Shown here piece by piece: positions 29,962 to 40,945 of a stretch of DNA of 64,000 nucleotides; position 1 is the first letter of the stretch, and each line of letters begins with the position of its first letter. A program made the translations under genes and the position numbers. The notes below the pieces were generated by a model. That model was not told the origin of the DNA and searched no databases. It saw nothing but the letters and a program-made list of their open reading frames with translations. The stretch is taken from contig DAOPBR010000002.1 in the NCBI GenBank assembly GCA_035395685.1, forward strand, positions 84,488 through 148,487, in the 5' to 3' direction. This DNA is from Spirochaetota bacterium. Lineage in GTDB: Bacteria > Spirochaetota > UBA4802 > JAFGJZ01.

Positions 29962-30438
29962 TTAAAGAAAAATCTCATTTACTTTAATAACTTTTCCTTC
30001 AATATTGGATATAGACAAATAACCAAATGAACGGCTATCACAGGAATTCTCTCTATTATCACCTAAAACTACAATCACTCCCTTTGGAACCAAACCGTTC
30101 AAATCGATGTTGCCTTTAAGATACGTTTCACCTTTAACATATGGTTCATGAAGTGTTTTACCATTCAAAATGACTTTTCCGTTTTTAAACTCCAATTGAT
30201 CATTCTCTGAAGCAATAAATCGTTTGGCATATGTTTCTTTTTTCTTATCACAGATAACCAAAATATCACCTTTAGTATATTTTCCGAATTCATATTTTTC
30301 ATAAACAATAATATCTCCAATTTCCAAAGTTGGTTGCATTGAACCATTTGAAATTGCTGCTCTCATTCTGCATGCACCGCATGACAGTGACATAATTACA
30401 GCTACAAACAGATAAATTTTCTTCATATAGTTTTCCAT
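29962..30438 (-). CDS. lepB: Signal peptidase I
   Basis: Box B (NGSMQPTLEIGD) and box E (VVLGDNRENSCDSRSFGY). Confidence 0.8.
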   Translation of the reverse strand: MENYMKKIYLFVAVIMSLSCGACRMRAAISNGSMQPTLEIGDIIVYEKYEFGKYTKGDILVICDKKKETYAKRFIASENDQLEFKNGKVILNGKTLHEPYVKGETYLKGNIDLNGLVPKGVIVVLGDNRENSCDSRSFGYLSISNIEGKVIKVNEIFL

Positions 30439-30579
30439 TGTCTATCTAATATTTTCCACTAGCAAATCCTGACTCGCAACGGCCCAATTCAAATAAATAA
30501 AATCACATATTGTGTGATTAAATCTAACTATTCCATAATAAACGCCCGATGGCTCAGATCCATTAAAATTTAATACTTT

Positions 30580-31668
30580 TTATTTCTTCTGGAATGTCAT
30601 TAAGATATTCCCTTTTTTATCAATAAAGCCCCACTCTGTTTCTGATTCAAATCTGGCCAGACCATCATGAAAAGACCACGCCATGGTGAATTGAAAATCG
30701 ATTACTGTTTTATTATTTTTATCAATAAAGCCGTACTTCCCGTCTTTTTTTGCAAGAGCTAGGTCATCAAAAAACCAGTCGCATGATTCATATTGAAGTC
30801 CAATAACAACATTCCCCATATTATCAATGAAACCGTATTTTCCGTTTTTATTAACCAGGGCAAGCCCTTCGTGGAATATGGAAGCACGTTCATACTGAAA
30901 ATCCACAATAACACGGCCTTCGGTGTTGATATAGCCCCATTTCCCATTGCGGGCCACCGGCGCAAGTCCGCTTGAAAAGCCCATGGCATCATCATATTCC
31001 GTATTAATTATCAGCTTTCCTTCTTTGTTTATAAAACCGTACCTGTTTTTTTCTTTCAGTATTTTGACCATTGCGAGTCCGCCGGAGAACCCGGTTGAAA
31101 AATCAAACTCTGTTTCAAAAACGATTTTTCCTCCCTTGTTTATAAAATCAACACGCCCTTTTCTCCCGTTTCTCCAGACCGGTGCAAACCCTTCATGAAA
31201 ACTGCCTGCTGTGGCGAACTGATAATCGAGGACAACTTTCCCCTGTTTATCTATGTACCCTGCTTGTCCATCTTTTCTAACAGCAGCAAGACCTTCTGAA
31301 AAAGGTTTATAATCATCAAAGGTTTCAGAGGTGATTTGAATGCCCTTGTTGTTTATAAAAAGAAAAACATCGTGTTGTTTTACTTTGTCATACTTCGCTA
31401 CACAGAAGATCCCTTCAGAATAAAAGTCAGAGGGTATGTCTTTATAAACCGGGGCTATAACGATTTTCCCTTTTTTATCAATCAGTCCCCATCCTCTATC
31501 AGTAGCAATCGGTGCGAGCCCACCGGAAAAATTATAGGGTTTAACATACTTGAAAAGATTCTGCCATCGGGTATTGACAGTGGTTGCGGATTTGCTGCTG
31601 GCTGCACTAAACAGGGTTGTAATTAACAAACCTGTCATTGCGGCAGTAAATATTAATCTTCTTTTCAT
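30580..31668 (-). CDS. WG-repeat (KWG-type) beta-propeller-like secreted protein
   Basis: Signal peptide, then about 9 repeats of a G(K/Y)(W/Y)G(F/Y)I(D/N) motif. Confidence 0.75.
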   Translation of the reverse strand: MKRRLIFTAAMTGLLITTLFSAASSKSATTVNTRWQNLFKYVKPYNFSGGLAPIATDRGWGLIDKKGKIVIAPVYKDIPSDFYSEGIFCVAKYDKVKQHDVFLFINNKGIQITSETFDDYKPFSEGLAAVRKDGQAGYIDKQGKVVLDYQFATAGSFHEGFAPVWRNGRKGRVDFINKGGKIVFETEFDFSTGFSGGLAMVKILKEKNRYGFINKEGKLIINTEYDDAMGFSSGLAPVARNGKWGYINTEGRVIVDFQYERASIFHEGLALVNKNGKYGFIDNMGNVVIGLQYESCDWFFDDLALAKKDGKYGFIDKNNKTVIDFQFTMAWSFHDGLARFESETEWGFIDKKGNILMTFQKK

Positions 31669-32112
31669 ACTTCACCTTCAGAATAGTTTTTTAGATGTTT
31701 CCGGTAAAGAATTATATCTTTACGTGTCTGTTACTGCAATAAAACAAAATACAGTGAAATGGCTACCAATTAAATAACTACTTCACCATAGAACCCCGAA
31801 TCTATTCTCCTGATAAGCATCTTGTTAAGTTTATAAAAAGCTTCTTCGCACACAAGGGCATAACTTTTCCCAAATTTTAACAACTCATTTTCATGAGGTA
31901 CTTTTTGCAATGGAATGAACTTTCCGGCATTTATATAACCCATCATATTTCCCATACAGGAGGCATCTCATGAAACTACTTGTATCAATTTTAACATTTT
32001 ATGTCATCCTTTTTTTACATTTAGCAGGGGACAGTCATAGTAAGATGCAATTAAAACCCTCGTTCTTTTGAAACGAATGTTTTAATTGCATTAAGAAAGA
32101 TATAATAATATA

Positions 32113-32545
<433 letters not shown>

Positions 32546-32546
32546 T

Positions 32547-33881
32547 TTACTCTATTGCCTGCAAAGAACGTTTTTTTATTATATTGCTGTAATATCTTCC
32601 GCTCTTTTTAATAATTCTTTTTTGAGAATCATAGTCAACTCCTATAATTCCAAATCTTTTATCATATCCGAAAGCCCATTCGAAATTATCCATTAATGAC
32701 CAGACATAATATGCTATCACATTTAATCCTTCTTCATTCATTTTTACAACTGCCTCAAGATGACTTCTTAAATATTCCAGCCTTTCAGTATCTTCAATTT
32801 CACCATTTTTTATTTCATCTTTAAATGCTGAACCATTTTCAGTAATCATTACCGGAATATCAGTATATTTTTCTCTAATCTGTCTGACAATATCAATAAA
32901 ACCTTCAGGAGAAATTTCCCAACCCATAGCAGTCTTCTTTCGGCCCATGTCAACATGCGATCCCTGCAAGAATGCATCTCGGTCATAACGCATGTTAAAA
33001 TCCATGTAGTAATTAACTCCAAGAAAATCTGTTTCTCCATTTATAATTTTGAGATCATCATCCTGAATGTGAGAAAAATCAATATGATTGGACTCGTAAT
33101 AATCAAGCATATCAACCGGATACTGACCTTTAAAAAGAGGTTCTAAAAACCATCGATTGGCAAAACCGTCATATCTTGAAGCTGCGAGCTTATCCGTTTC
33201 TGTTTCCGAATATGGATATGCAGGTCCTAAATTTAGAGTTATTCCAATTTTTGATTTAAGCCCCGTTTGCCGGAATATATTCAAAGCTCTGCCATGAGTC
33301 AGCAAAAGGTGATGCGCGGTTTGAATAGCATCCTGAAGATTTTTATGCCCTGGAGCATGCTGACCATAAAGATGCCCAAGCATACTTATGCAATACGGCT
33401 CATTATGAGTAACCCAGTATTTTACCCTATCTCCGAATTTATTAAATAAAAGTTCTGAATAATCTTCAAAATATCCGCAGATTTCTCTTGAAATCCATCC
33501 GCCCTTCTCATACATCCATTGAGGCAAATCCCAATGATACATAGTCAGCATCGGACTTATTCCATTATCAAGAAGCTTATCTATTAATCTATTATAAAAA
33601 TCAATTCCCTTCTCATTTACATGTCCGGGATGAGGAATAACTCTCGGCCAGGAAACAGAAAATCTGTAAGAATCAAGCCCGATTTCTTTCATCAATGCAA
33701 TATCATTTTCATAAAGATGATAATGGTCGCATGCAACATCTCCATTATCTCCATTAGCAATTTTACCGGGAATATGCGAAAACACATCCCAGATAGAAGA
33801 AGTCTTTCCATCACTATCATGTGCTCCCTCAATCTGATATGCTGCAGTTGCTGCACCAAAAATAAAATCCTTCTCAAACAT
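32547..33881 (-). CDS. GH1 beta-glucosidase
   Basis: Catalytic motifs VTHNEPYC (acid/base Glu) and MITENGSAF (nucleophile Glu). Full-length GH1, 444 aa. Confidence 0.9.
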   Translation of the reverse strand: MFEKDFIFGAATAAYQIEGAHDSDGKTSSIWDVFSHIPGKIANGDNGDVACDHYHLYENDIALMKEIGLDSYRFSVSWPRVIPHPGHVNEKGIDFYNRLIDKLLDNGISPMLTMYHWDLPQWMYEKGGWISREICGYFEDYSELLFNKFGDRVKYWVTHNEPYCISMLGHLYGQHAPGHKNLQDAIQTAHHLLLTHGRALNIFRQTGLKSKIGITLNLGPAYPYSETETDKLAASRYDGFANRWFLEPLFKGQYPVDMLDYYESNHIDFSHIQDDDLKIINGETDFLGVNYYMDFNMRYDRDAFLQGSHVDMGRKKTAMGWEISPEGFIDIVRQIREKYTDIPVMITENGSAFKDEIKNGEIEDTERLEYLRSHLEAVVKMNEEGLNVIAYYVWSLMDNFEWAFGYDKRFGIIGVDYDSQKRIIKKSGRYYSNIIKKRSLQAIE

Positions 33882-34012
33882 AACGGCTCCAGACAGGTTT
33901 ATAACCTTAATTTCATTATCAGAAATAATTTTATATTTTGATCAATTCTTTTTTTGTTAGAAAATATTCGGAAAATATTTTTTTCTTTTTAGGAATATTG
34001 TGATAATTTTTA

Positions 34013-34684
34013 TTACTTTCCAATGATCTTTAAATATTCTTTTTCACTAACCGGCTGAATCACGATATTAACATCCACATTGGTCAAAGATGCTCTTAAT
34101 TCATCAATTTTCCATGTTCCATTATATTTACGTAACTCAAAACCGCAATAATAGGTTTGTGTACCACAACGGTATAATACTGTTCTGAAAGTTATACTCT
34201 CTGCGCCATATTTCTTACAGCGGGTTTTCAGTATATTTTTAAAATTATCAGTTCTAGTCTGTTGTTCATTCGGAACATCTATTCTTTCAATTGTTAAATC
34301 TTCAAGATTCAACTGCTGAAGCTTTATATCAATATCCTTAAGTATATTCTGTTCTTTATTGGCATCTGTTAAGGTAAATCCAATCAAAAAAGTAACATAC
34401 TGATTAACCATTCGACGGTGCTTTTCTTCATAAGCAGGACGTTTTGCATTATCTCCAAAATCTTTTTTTGCCATTTCCAGATTATAACCGTCGACATATT
34501 CCTGAAGATCAAAATACTGTATGATATTATCTGCATTTTTTTCTTTGGCAGCTTCCGTAAAATCCTGAAGCAGTTTATTGATACTTTCTTCATCTTTTAA
34601 ATTATCCGAAGATAAAGCTTTCGAGCAGGCAAATAATGATATCAGTGATATAAGGATCATCGTTACGATAATTTTTGCTTTCAT
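34013..34684 (-). CDS. Hypothetical lipoprotein
   Basis: Signal peptide with lipobox (LISLFACSKA). No recognisable domain. Confidence 0.45.
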   Translation of the reverse strand: MKAKIIVTMILISLISLFACSKALSSDNLKDEESINKLLQDFTEAAKEKNADNIIQYFDLQEYVDGYNLEMAKKDFGDNAKRPAYEEKHRRMVNQYVTFLIGFTLTDANKEQNILKDIDIKLQQLNLEDLTIERIDVPNEQQTRTDNFKNILKTRCKKYGAESITFRTVLYRCGTQTYYCGFELRKYNGTWKIDELRASLTNVDVNIVIQPVSEKEYLKIIGK

Positions 34685-35067
34685 CTAAATCTCCTCAATT
34701 CTGAGTATTTTTCAGTTTCTAATTTTACGAAATACTATTGTTTATCAGGTATTTATTAACAAAACAATATCATAATGCATAATTAGTATATATAGTCAAT
34801 TATTTTTTATAGTTTGCATAATTCAACGCCGTAATCGCTACATTAAACTCAAACAAAGAAATAATTGTTTGGATTAATTCCTATAAATTACGATGATAAC
34901 ATCGCCAATCAATGCTTTTAATCCTTTTTTGATACACATAACAATTTCATGCATTCAACAGCTTCATGTTTCTCATTTTACTGCTAAGGCATCATAATAG
35001 TAATAATTTTTTAGACTTCTTGTATCATAATAATTGACAAAACAAATGAATATGCTATAAAGAATAT

Positions 35068-35559
35068 ATGATTAAATTAATTGCTGTCTCCCTCCTTGCA
35101 ACACTGGTTTTTAGTTCCGAAATATTCGCAAACCAGATGGGCGCGTCAATGCCCGTCAAGGCAATTGGCACTTCAATTGATTATATTCATTCATTCGACG
35201 GCGATAAACGCAATGACGGTGCAGTATTTTTATCAGGAAAAGCGGGCTATTTCGGATTTTTCTCTTTTCTCGCATCTGCCGACGCCGGTTATAAAATCAG
35301 AGAAAAATCATACTCTGGAAAACTCGGACTTCAGACCATGATTCTATTTGCGGGGATTGAAGCCGGTTTCTCGTCAAAATACAAAACAGACGATGACTCA
35401 AAAAAATACTTTCCGGGTGCTTACACGGGTCTCTGCTTCACCTATCCTGCTAATAGCAGTTCTCTGATCTCTGCAGCCGCTGGATTCAATTTCTATTCGC
35501 GCAAATCTGAAAATGAATTCTATTTCAAACTCGGATATCTTTTCAATTTCGCCGATTGA
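35068..35559 (+). CDS. Putative small outer-membrane beta-barrel protein
   Basis: Signal peptide plus alternating hydrophobic beta-strand pattern with Gly/aromatic-rich strands. Confidence 0.3.
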   Translation: MIKLIAVSLLATLVFSSEIFANQMGASMPVKAIGTSIDYIHSFDGDKRNDGAVFLSGKAGYFGFFSFLASADAGYKIREKSYSGKLGLQTMILFAGIEAGFSSKYKTDDDSKKYFPGAYTGLCFTYPANSSSLISAAAGFNFYSRKSENEFYFKLGYLFNFAD

Positions 35560-35577
35560 TTATTTTCACAAAAGCAT

Positions 35578-36069
35578 CTACTTTATTTTTCTATGCATCC
35601 AGATTATATCGAGTTTTTTGCCGAATTTTTCCGCAATGGCGGGAAAATTTCCGCATTCATTAAAATCATGTTTCTTATGAAAATTTATGCTTCCATGGTT
35701 TTCAGAAGCTATTTCAGCCATAATATTTTCTATTCCGGCTTCTGCGGCATCTTCAATAAGTTTGCCGAGAATGGAGCTTCCTATTCCTTTGCCGGTAAAT
35801 GACGGATGCAGAAAATATGATACCGATGCAGTTTTCTTAAAAATCCCCATCGGGCTGTACGGCCGCATAAAACCGAATCCGGCAAAATTTGAATTTTGAT
35901 AAACGGCATACGCGGGATAATTTGCAACGGTCTTAAGCATCATCGCAAAATATTTATCCGGCATCCGTACATCGGCAAATGCCGAAAATTCATTCTCAGC
36001 ATAGTAATTAAAAATATCCATTACATCAACTGCATGATTTTCAGAAAGACGTTCAAATTTAATATTCAT
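35578..36069 (-). CDS. GNAT-family N-acetyltransferase
   Basis: ..SYFLHPSFTGKGIGSSILGKLIEDA.. acetyl-CoA motif. The start is reassigned to ATG 36069, preceded by AAGGAG. Confidence 0.8.
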   Translation of the reverse strand: MNIKFERLSENHAVDVMDIFNYYAENEFSAFADVRMPDKYFAMMLKTVANYPAYAVYQNSNFAGFGFMRPYSPMGIFKKTASVSYFLHPSFTGKGIGSSILGKLIEDAAEAGIENIMAEIASENHGSINFHKKHDFNECGNFPAIAEKFGKKLDIIWMHRKIK

Positions 36070-36160
36070 ATAAACTCCTTTTTCTTTCATTTTCTATACT
36101 TTTAAAAAGGAATTGCAATATGCAGTACAAACAGAATTCACATATAACAGTTGACATTTA

Positions 36161-37600
36161 TTGATTCTGTTATACTCAGGCGTAATGAAGAAATATCTGA
36201 CTGTTGCAGACCGCATAACAAAACTTATTGAAAGCGGCGTTTTAAAATCCCGCGATAAAATTCCTTCTATACGCGAAATGTCCGTTCAGATGAATCTCAG
36301 CATGATGACTATCCTGAACGGATACAGGCTTCTCGAAGAACAGGGAATTATCGCGAGCCATCCGCAATCCGGCTATTACGTGCGCCCCGAAAACATGAGA
36401 TTCAGTCATTCCGCCATCAGCAATTTTATCGAATCAGACACGAAAATAAAAATCTTAACCGATCATATAAAAATTTCTCCGGAGACCGAAAAGCTTCTTG
36501 AAGATTCAATGCGCGAAGACATCATCCCGCTCGGCATCGGATTCCCCTATTCGGACGAAAAAATAAATGAAGAACTTTCTCTTCACCTGTCGAGACGCAT
36601 ACGCGAAAATCCCGATAAAAATAACCGTTACAATTTCGGCAGAGGAAATAACGCTTTAAGGGAAATTTTTTCACGGAAGATGATCGAATCATTCTGCGAA
36701 ACATCATCCGATGAAATAATAATAACTTCCGGAGCAACGCCGGGACTTTTGTCGGCTCTGCTCGCAGTTACTAAAACCGGTGATTCGGTTGCGGTTGAGT
36801 CACCCGGCTATCACGGATTCTTCGGTCTGATATCAAAACTCGGTCTAAAAGCACTCGAAGTTCAAACTAATTCTGTTTCGGGTTTTGACGTTGAAACATT
36901 TGAAAAAACTGTTAAAAAGAAAAAGATTTCAGCAGTAATACTGTCACCGAATTTTTCGAATCCGACCGGCGCGAAAATGAGCGATCCGGCGAAAGAAAGG
37001 CTCGCCTGCATTTCAGCACAATACGGAATTCCTGTTATCGAAGACGACAGCTACGGCGATTTGTTTTTCGCGTCAAAGCCGCGCGCGATAAAATCATATA
37101 ATCCCGACAATACAATTTACGTATCCAGTCTCAGCAAATCAATCGCGCCGGGATATAAAACAGGCTGGGTTGCGGGGGGAATTTATCAAAAGGACATTCA
37201 TAAAATATTAAACACGGCCTACTCAGTTCCGTCGGCATTTATTCAGTCAGGGCTCGCTTCATTCATGTCTAAAAGCTTTTATTCTCATTCGATGAAAAAA
37301 CTCCGCAGAATTTACAGAGAAAACATATCGGCTTATCAGGCATTTTTCTCTGAACATATCCCCGAATGCGAAGTCAGCAATCCGGAAGGAGGATTCTTTC
37401 TCTGGATAAAAGCACCGGATAAAACCGATTCAAGGAATATAGCTTATCTGGCGGTTAAAAACGGTTTTACAATCGCACCTGGAATAATTTTTTCTGCAAG
37501 AAGCAATTTTGCTAATTATTTCAGGCTCAACTCCGCATGTCTCTTTTCTGAAAAAACCGAGAAAGCGCTTAAAATTTTCGCGGAACTTATCAGAAAATAA
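36161..37600 (+). CDS. MocR/GntR-family regulator (N-terminal wHTH plus class-I PLP aminotransferase-like domain)
   Basis: GntR HTH (KIPSIREMSVQMNLSMMTILNGYRLLEEQGII) followed by about 350 aa of aminotransferase fold (..SLSKSIAPGYKTGW..). Confidence 0.85.
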   Translation: MILLYSGVMKKYLTVADRITKLIESGVLKSRDKIPSIREMSVQMNLSMMTILNGYRLLEEQGIIASHPQSGYYVRPENMRFSHSAISNFIESDTKIKILTDHIKISPETEKLLEDSMREDIIPLGIGFPYSDEKINEELSLHLSRRIRENPDKNNRYNFGRGNNALREIFSRKMIESFCETSSDEIIITSGATPGLLSALLAVTKTGDSVAVESPGYHGFFGLISKLGLKALEVQTNSVSGFDVETFEKTVKKKKISAVILSPNFSNPTGAKMSDPAKERLACISAQYGIPVIEDDSYGDLFFASKPRAIKSYNPDNTIYVSSLSKSIAPGYKTGWVAGGIYQKDIHKILNTAYSVPSAFIQSGLASFMSKSFYSHSMKKLRRIYRENISAYQAFFSEHIPECEVSNPEGGFFLWIKAPDKTDSRNIAYLAVKNGFTIAPGIIFSARSNFANYFRLNSACLFSEKTEKALKIFAELIRK

Positions 37601-37660
37601 TTACTTTACATAAAATGTAACTGCTCAAATTCTGTTTTTGTTCATATTTTGGAGGAATAA

Positions 37661-38764
37661 ATGCAGCTTGAAACATTTGAAAAGAAGCCTCTCGGCGGGG
37701 CTGATTTGAAGGTTATCATGAAAACCCTCATGTCAGAGGGACAGAAAGGCGCAGACGAGCTTCTCGAAAAACAGATAAAAGAGATAAAAACTCTCGGCGT
37801 AAAACTTCCGTCAGACCATGTTGTGCTAATGCTCGGCGGATCAAACGGAATTCTCCGCGCAGTAACGCTTCAGCTTCTTTTCGGCGAAAAGATTCCGGTT
37901 TACGGAGTGCATTATGACAGAGCCAATCTTCAGATAGGCTACAATCATGTTGAATCTATCAAAAAAGAAGCGGCTAAACAGAATGTTGATTCAAGATGGT
38001 GGAATATTGACGCGACTGATCCTAAAGCAATAGAAGAAGTAGTTAACACAATCAAAGAAAAGTATTCAGTTGTTCATCTGATTAACGGAATTGCAGCCGG
38101 TGCAACAAAACGCTACGAAGAACACGGCACAATAAAAGTCAAAGATATCGATCTGTCTTATCATCCGGTTTATCAGTATCCTGATTTTTCAAAAATCGAC
38201 AATTTTAAAAAATTCGGAATGGTTGATGTTGCAGTAGCAAATGAGGGCGACATAGAAAGAACAAATAAGTTCATGGGAACTTCCACTACTCTTTGGGTTG
38301 AACCTCTTGCAAAAGCAGGTCTTATAAAAAAAGATGTAAGCATAGTTGCTTTCGCAGATTACGATTTCGAGAAAGATGATCCCGTCTACGGAATGGGCCC
38401 TCTTGCAGGCGCCAAAATTCTTCAGAGAAAAAGTATGGCTGACGCAAAGAACAATTTCGGTGTAAAAGCTGTCAGACTTTGCTATCCTGCGATGGATACA
38501 ACGGCAATTGGAGCAATCCCTGGCGGATTATTGATGCTTGCAATGACAAGCGTTGTTCTTAATGAAAAAGGTAAATTCAAGAATCTTCATACTCTTGCAG
38601 AAGAGACAATGGAAATATTCAAACCTGACTTCAATAAAGAAGAACTCCGCACTGATGATGATTTTCAGAAAATGCTTCCTGAATTCCATGCAAGAGTCGA
38701 CGCGCTTAAGGAAGAAGATTTTCCAAAAGCATTTGAATCTCTCACAAAAGTATCAATGCCTTAA
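37661..38764 (+). CDS. Divergent FabV/Ter-family trans-2-enoyl reductase homologue (short-chain dehydrogenase superfamily)
   Basis: Gly-rich cofactor loop VLMLGGSNGILRAVTLQLLFGE..GVHYDR parallels FabV/Ter (VLV(I/L)G(A/C)S.GYGLA.R...FG....GV.FE(R/K)). Tyr/Lys pair in ..DYDFEKDDPVYGMGPLAGAK. The assignment comes from motif recollection only. Confidence 0.45.
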   Translation: MQLETFEKKPLGGADLKVIMKTLMSEGQKGADELLEKQIKEIKTLGVKLPSDHVVLMLGGSNGILRAVTLQLLFGEKIPVYGVHYDRANLQIGYNHVESIKKEAAKQNVDSRWWNIDATDPKAIEEVVNTIKEKYSVVHLINGIAAGATKRYEEHGTIKVKDIDLSYHPVYQYPDFSKIDNFKKFGMVDVAVANEGDIERTNKFMGTSTTLWVEPLAKAGLIKKDVSIVAFADYDFEKDDPVYGMGPLAGAKILQRKSMADAKNNFGVKAVRLCYPAMDTTAIGAIPGGLLMLAMTSVVLNEKGKFKNLHTLAEETMEIFKPDFNKEELRTDDDFQKMLPEFHARVDALKEEDFPKAFESLTKVSMP

Positions 38765-38790
38765 CGGAATACCATATCTTTAAACAAATA

Positions 38791-38822
38791 AAAAAGACCG
38801 CGAAAGCGGTCCTTTTTATTTT
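38791..38822. terminator. Bidirectional rho-independent terminator (aaaaagaccgc-gaaa-gcggtcttttt)
   Basis: Perfect stem with flanking A-run and T-run, between convergent genes. Confidence 0.65.
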
Positions 38823-38830
38823 CAATCAAG

Positions 38831-39445
38831 TTATCTTCTTATTTTATCTAAAGAATAATTCTGATAAAACAATAACTCTCCTTCATTATCGAAAATATAA
38901 ATTGTGGCATAATTGAAAAACTGATACTTCTTTCTGTATTGCGACAGAAGCTCCGTTCTTACCGGAAGATAGCTTTCAAGAATATATGGTTTGCCCGTGT
39001 TAGGATTAATTCCGGTTTTGAAATCTTTCGGATATTTATTAATTACTTTTTTTCCGTCTTCTTCCTTTTCAAACTGTGTTTTATCATCAGGCGTAGACGC
39101 GAAATGTTTAATTATTATTTTCTTGAGAGTGACTTTTCGGTTGTTGAAAGTGTTCCAAACCCATTCCTTGTCCTCAACTGTGCCCATCATAAAAATATAA
39201 AGTTCAAGCGGCGAATCAGTATTATTTTTGAGGGCAAATTCGACCTGAAGAAGCTCGCCTTTTCCGGTAGGATCTATCTTTTTATTGAATGATAGATTTT
39301 CTATACCGAAAACATCGGTTGAAACAATCTGTTCAGGCTTTTCGATTTTTGTTTTATTCTTTTCGTCTTTTACCGCATCACTCTGGGAAAAAACGAAAGA
39401 CACGGGAACAATTAAAGCCAGCATTATATAAATTCTTCTAAACAT
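38831..39445 (-). CDS. Secreted hypothetical protein
   Basis: Signal peptide. The start is reassigned to ATG 39445, preceded by GGAGGA. No recognisable domain. Confidence 0.45.
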   Translation of the reverse strand: MFRRIYIMLALIVPVSFVFSQSDAVKDEKNKTKIEKPEQIVSTDVFGIENLSFNKKIDPTGKGELLQVEFALKNNTDSPLELYIFMMGTVEDKEWVWNTFNNRKVTLKKIIIKHFASTPDDKTQFEKEEDGKKVINKYPKDFKTGINPNTGKPYILESYLPVRTELLSQYRKKYQFFNYATIYIFDNEGELLFYQNYSLDKIRR

Positions 39446-39541
39446 CGAATCCTCCGGGACAGAATACATTCCGCTTCTTACTATATATCGGAAGATTAGC
39501 TTTTGCTTAAAAGAAATTTTCGCGTGATTTAAAATAATTTG

Positions 39542-40945
39542 CTAGAATCCGAGCGAAATTCCGCAGTCAAGTACGATATCATACTGTTTCTTAGAAGGCG
39601 GCACTATTTCGACTGAAAGCTTCTGATAGAATGAAGCCTGACCGGTCCTTTCTTCCAGTTTGCACGAAATTACATGAGAATTTGAATAATGTCCGCTCAT
39701 GGGAGACCCTTTGAACCACTTGAACCTGTTGAATCCGAAAAAACCCTGACCGTTCATGCCGGAATAAGGCTTCTCATTCAGGATATCTATCATGTATATC
39801 CGCTCGCAGAATTCCCCGAAAATACTGAAATTTCTATTTTGTGAGAAAAGTACACCCAAAGCAATATCATATGAACCGGCATAATTTGAAAGTTCCGCGC
39901 CGTGATCATAGAAAGTAAACCCGTATGTAGTAAAACGGGTCTTAATACCCAGATTCTTTATTCTGGACAGGTATTCAATATTCAGATGAGACACATCAAG
40001 AGTACGCACGGGACTGTAACCCGCATCATTGGGAATGAGTGCCGGATAAAACTGCAATATAAATTCACTCTTCTCAGAGAAAGTTTTCAGGGCGAAACCG
40101 ATTTTAAAATCATTGAATTTTTCTTTCTCTCCCCAGATTTCATCACCCCGGTAATGATAAGCGGAAAACCCGAGACCCAGAAAAACATCTTCCCGGCCGT
40201 AATATACCTCAGCTCTTTCATAGAAATTTAAAACTTCAGGCATCAGCGCTCCGAAATAAGGAACTCCGCAGACTGCGGCAAAAGACCAGTTTTCGGAAGG
40301 ATCAATGTTAACAGCTGCCTTTAATGGAAAATCAAGCGAACCCGGTCCCTCTGTTTTCACATACTTAAAATCTTTATCATCTCCGGAAATAAAAGCATAG
40401 CGCAGAATCCCTGAAAGTGAAATTCTGAAAACAGATTTCTTTTCATCAGTCTTCTCTTCCTTTGCCGATTCAAGAGATTTAGAATACAGTTTATCTTTTT
40501 CAAGCAGTGTAATTTCATTTCTCTTTACCCTGAATCTCTCAGAATAAGCCGTTTCAAGCCACGGTAGAACATTTTTATTCAAAGGATCCAGCTTAAGAAC
40601 TTTCTCTCCCGCGACAATTGCGTTCGCATAAAGACCCGATTTTGAATATAATTCGCATGCCCTTTCGAGAGAAGGAATCAAGTTAGGATCACGGCTCAAC
40701 GCCTCTTCGTAATATTTCAGAGCATTGGTCTCATCACCTTTCAGTTCAGCAACATGACCCATGTTGTGATATACTTTTGCTGAAGATATGTCATTTTTTT
40801 CTATAGCTGAATCAAAATCTTCAATCGCGCTATTCAGATTATTTGATTTTGCCTTTTCTACGCCTCTTCTGTTGAATTCGGATGCGCTTTGGGCGTAAAT
40901 AGAAAAGCCGGCAAGTATCATAATTAAAGGAATAATTTTTTTCAT
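39542..40945 (-). CDS. Secreted TPR-repeat protein with a C-terminal putative beta-barrel domain (paralogue A)
   Basis: Signal peptide, then about 3 TPR units (..AKVYHNMGHVAELKGDETNALKYYEEALSRDPN..), then about 280 aa of beta-strand-rich sequence ending ..LDCGISLGF. Confidence 0.5.
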   Translation of the reverse strand: MKKIIPLIMILAGFSIYAQSASEFNRRGVEKAKSNNLNSAIEDFDSAIEKNDISSAKVYHNMGHVAELKGDETNALKYYEEALSRDPNLIPSLERACELYSKSGLYANAIVAGEKVLKLDPLNKNVLPWLETAYSERFRVKRNEITLLEKDKLYSKSLESAKEEKTDEKKSVFRISLSGILRYAFISGDDKDFKYVKTEGPGSLDFPLKAAVNIDPSENWSFAAVCGVPYFGALMPEVLNFYERAEVYYGREDVFLGLGFSAYHYRGDEIWGEKEKFNDFKIGFALKTFSEKSEFILQFYPALIPNDAGYSPVRTLDVSHLNIEYLSRIKNLGIKTRFTTYGFTFYDHGAELSNYAGSYDIALGVLFSQNRNFSIFGEFCERIYMIDILNEKPYSGMNGQGFFGFNRFKWFKGSPMSGHYSNSHVISCKLEERTGQASFYQKLSVEIVPPSKKQYDIVLDCGISLGF

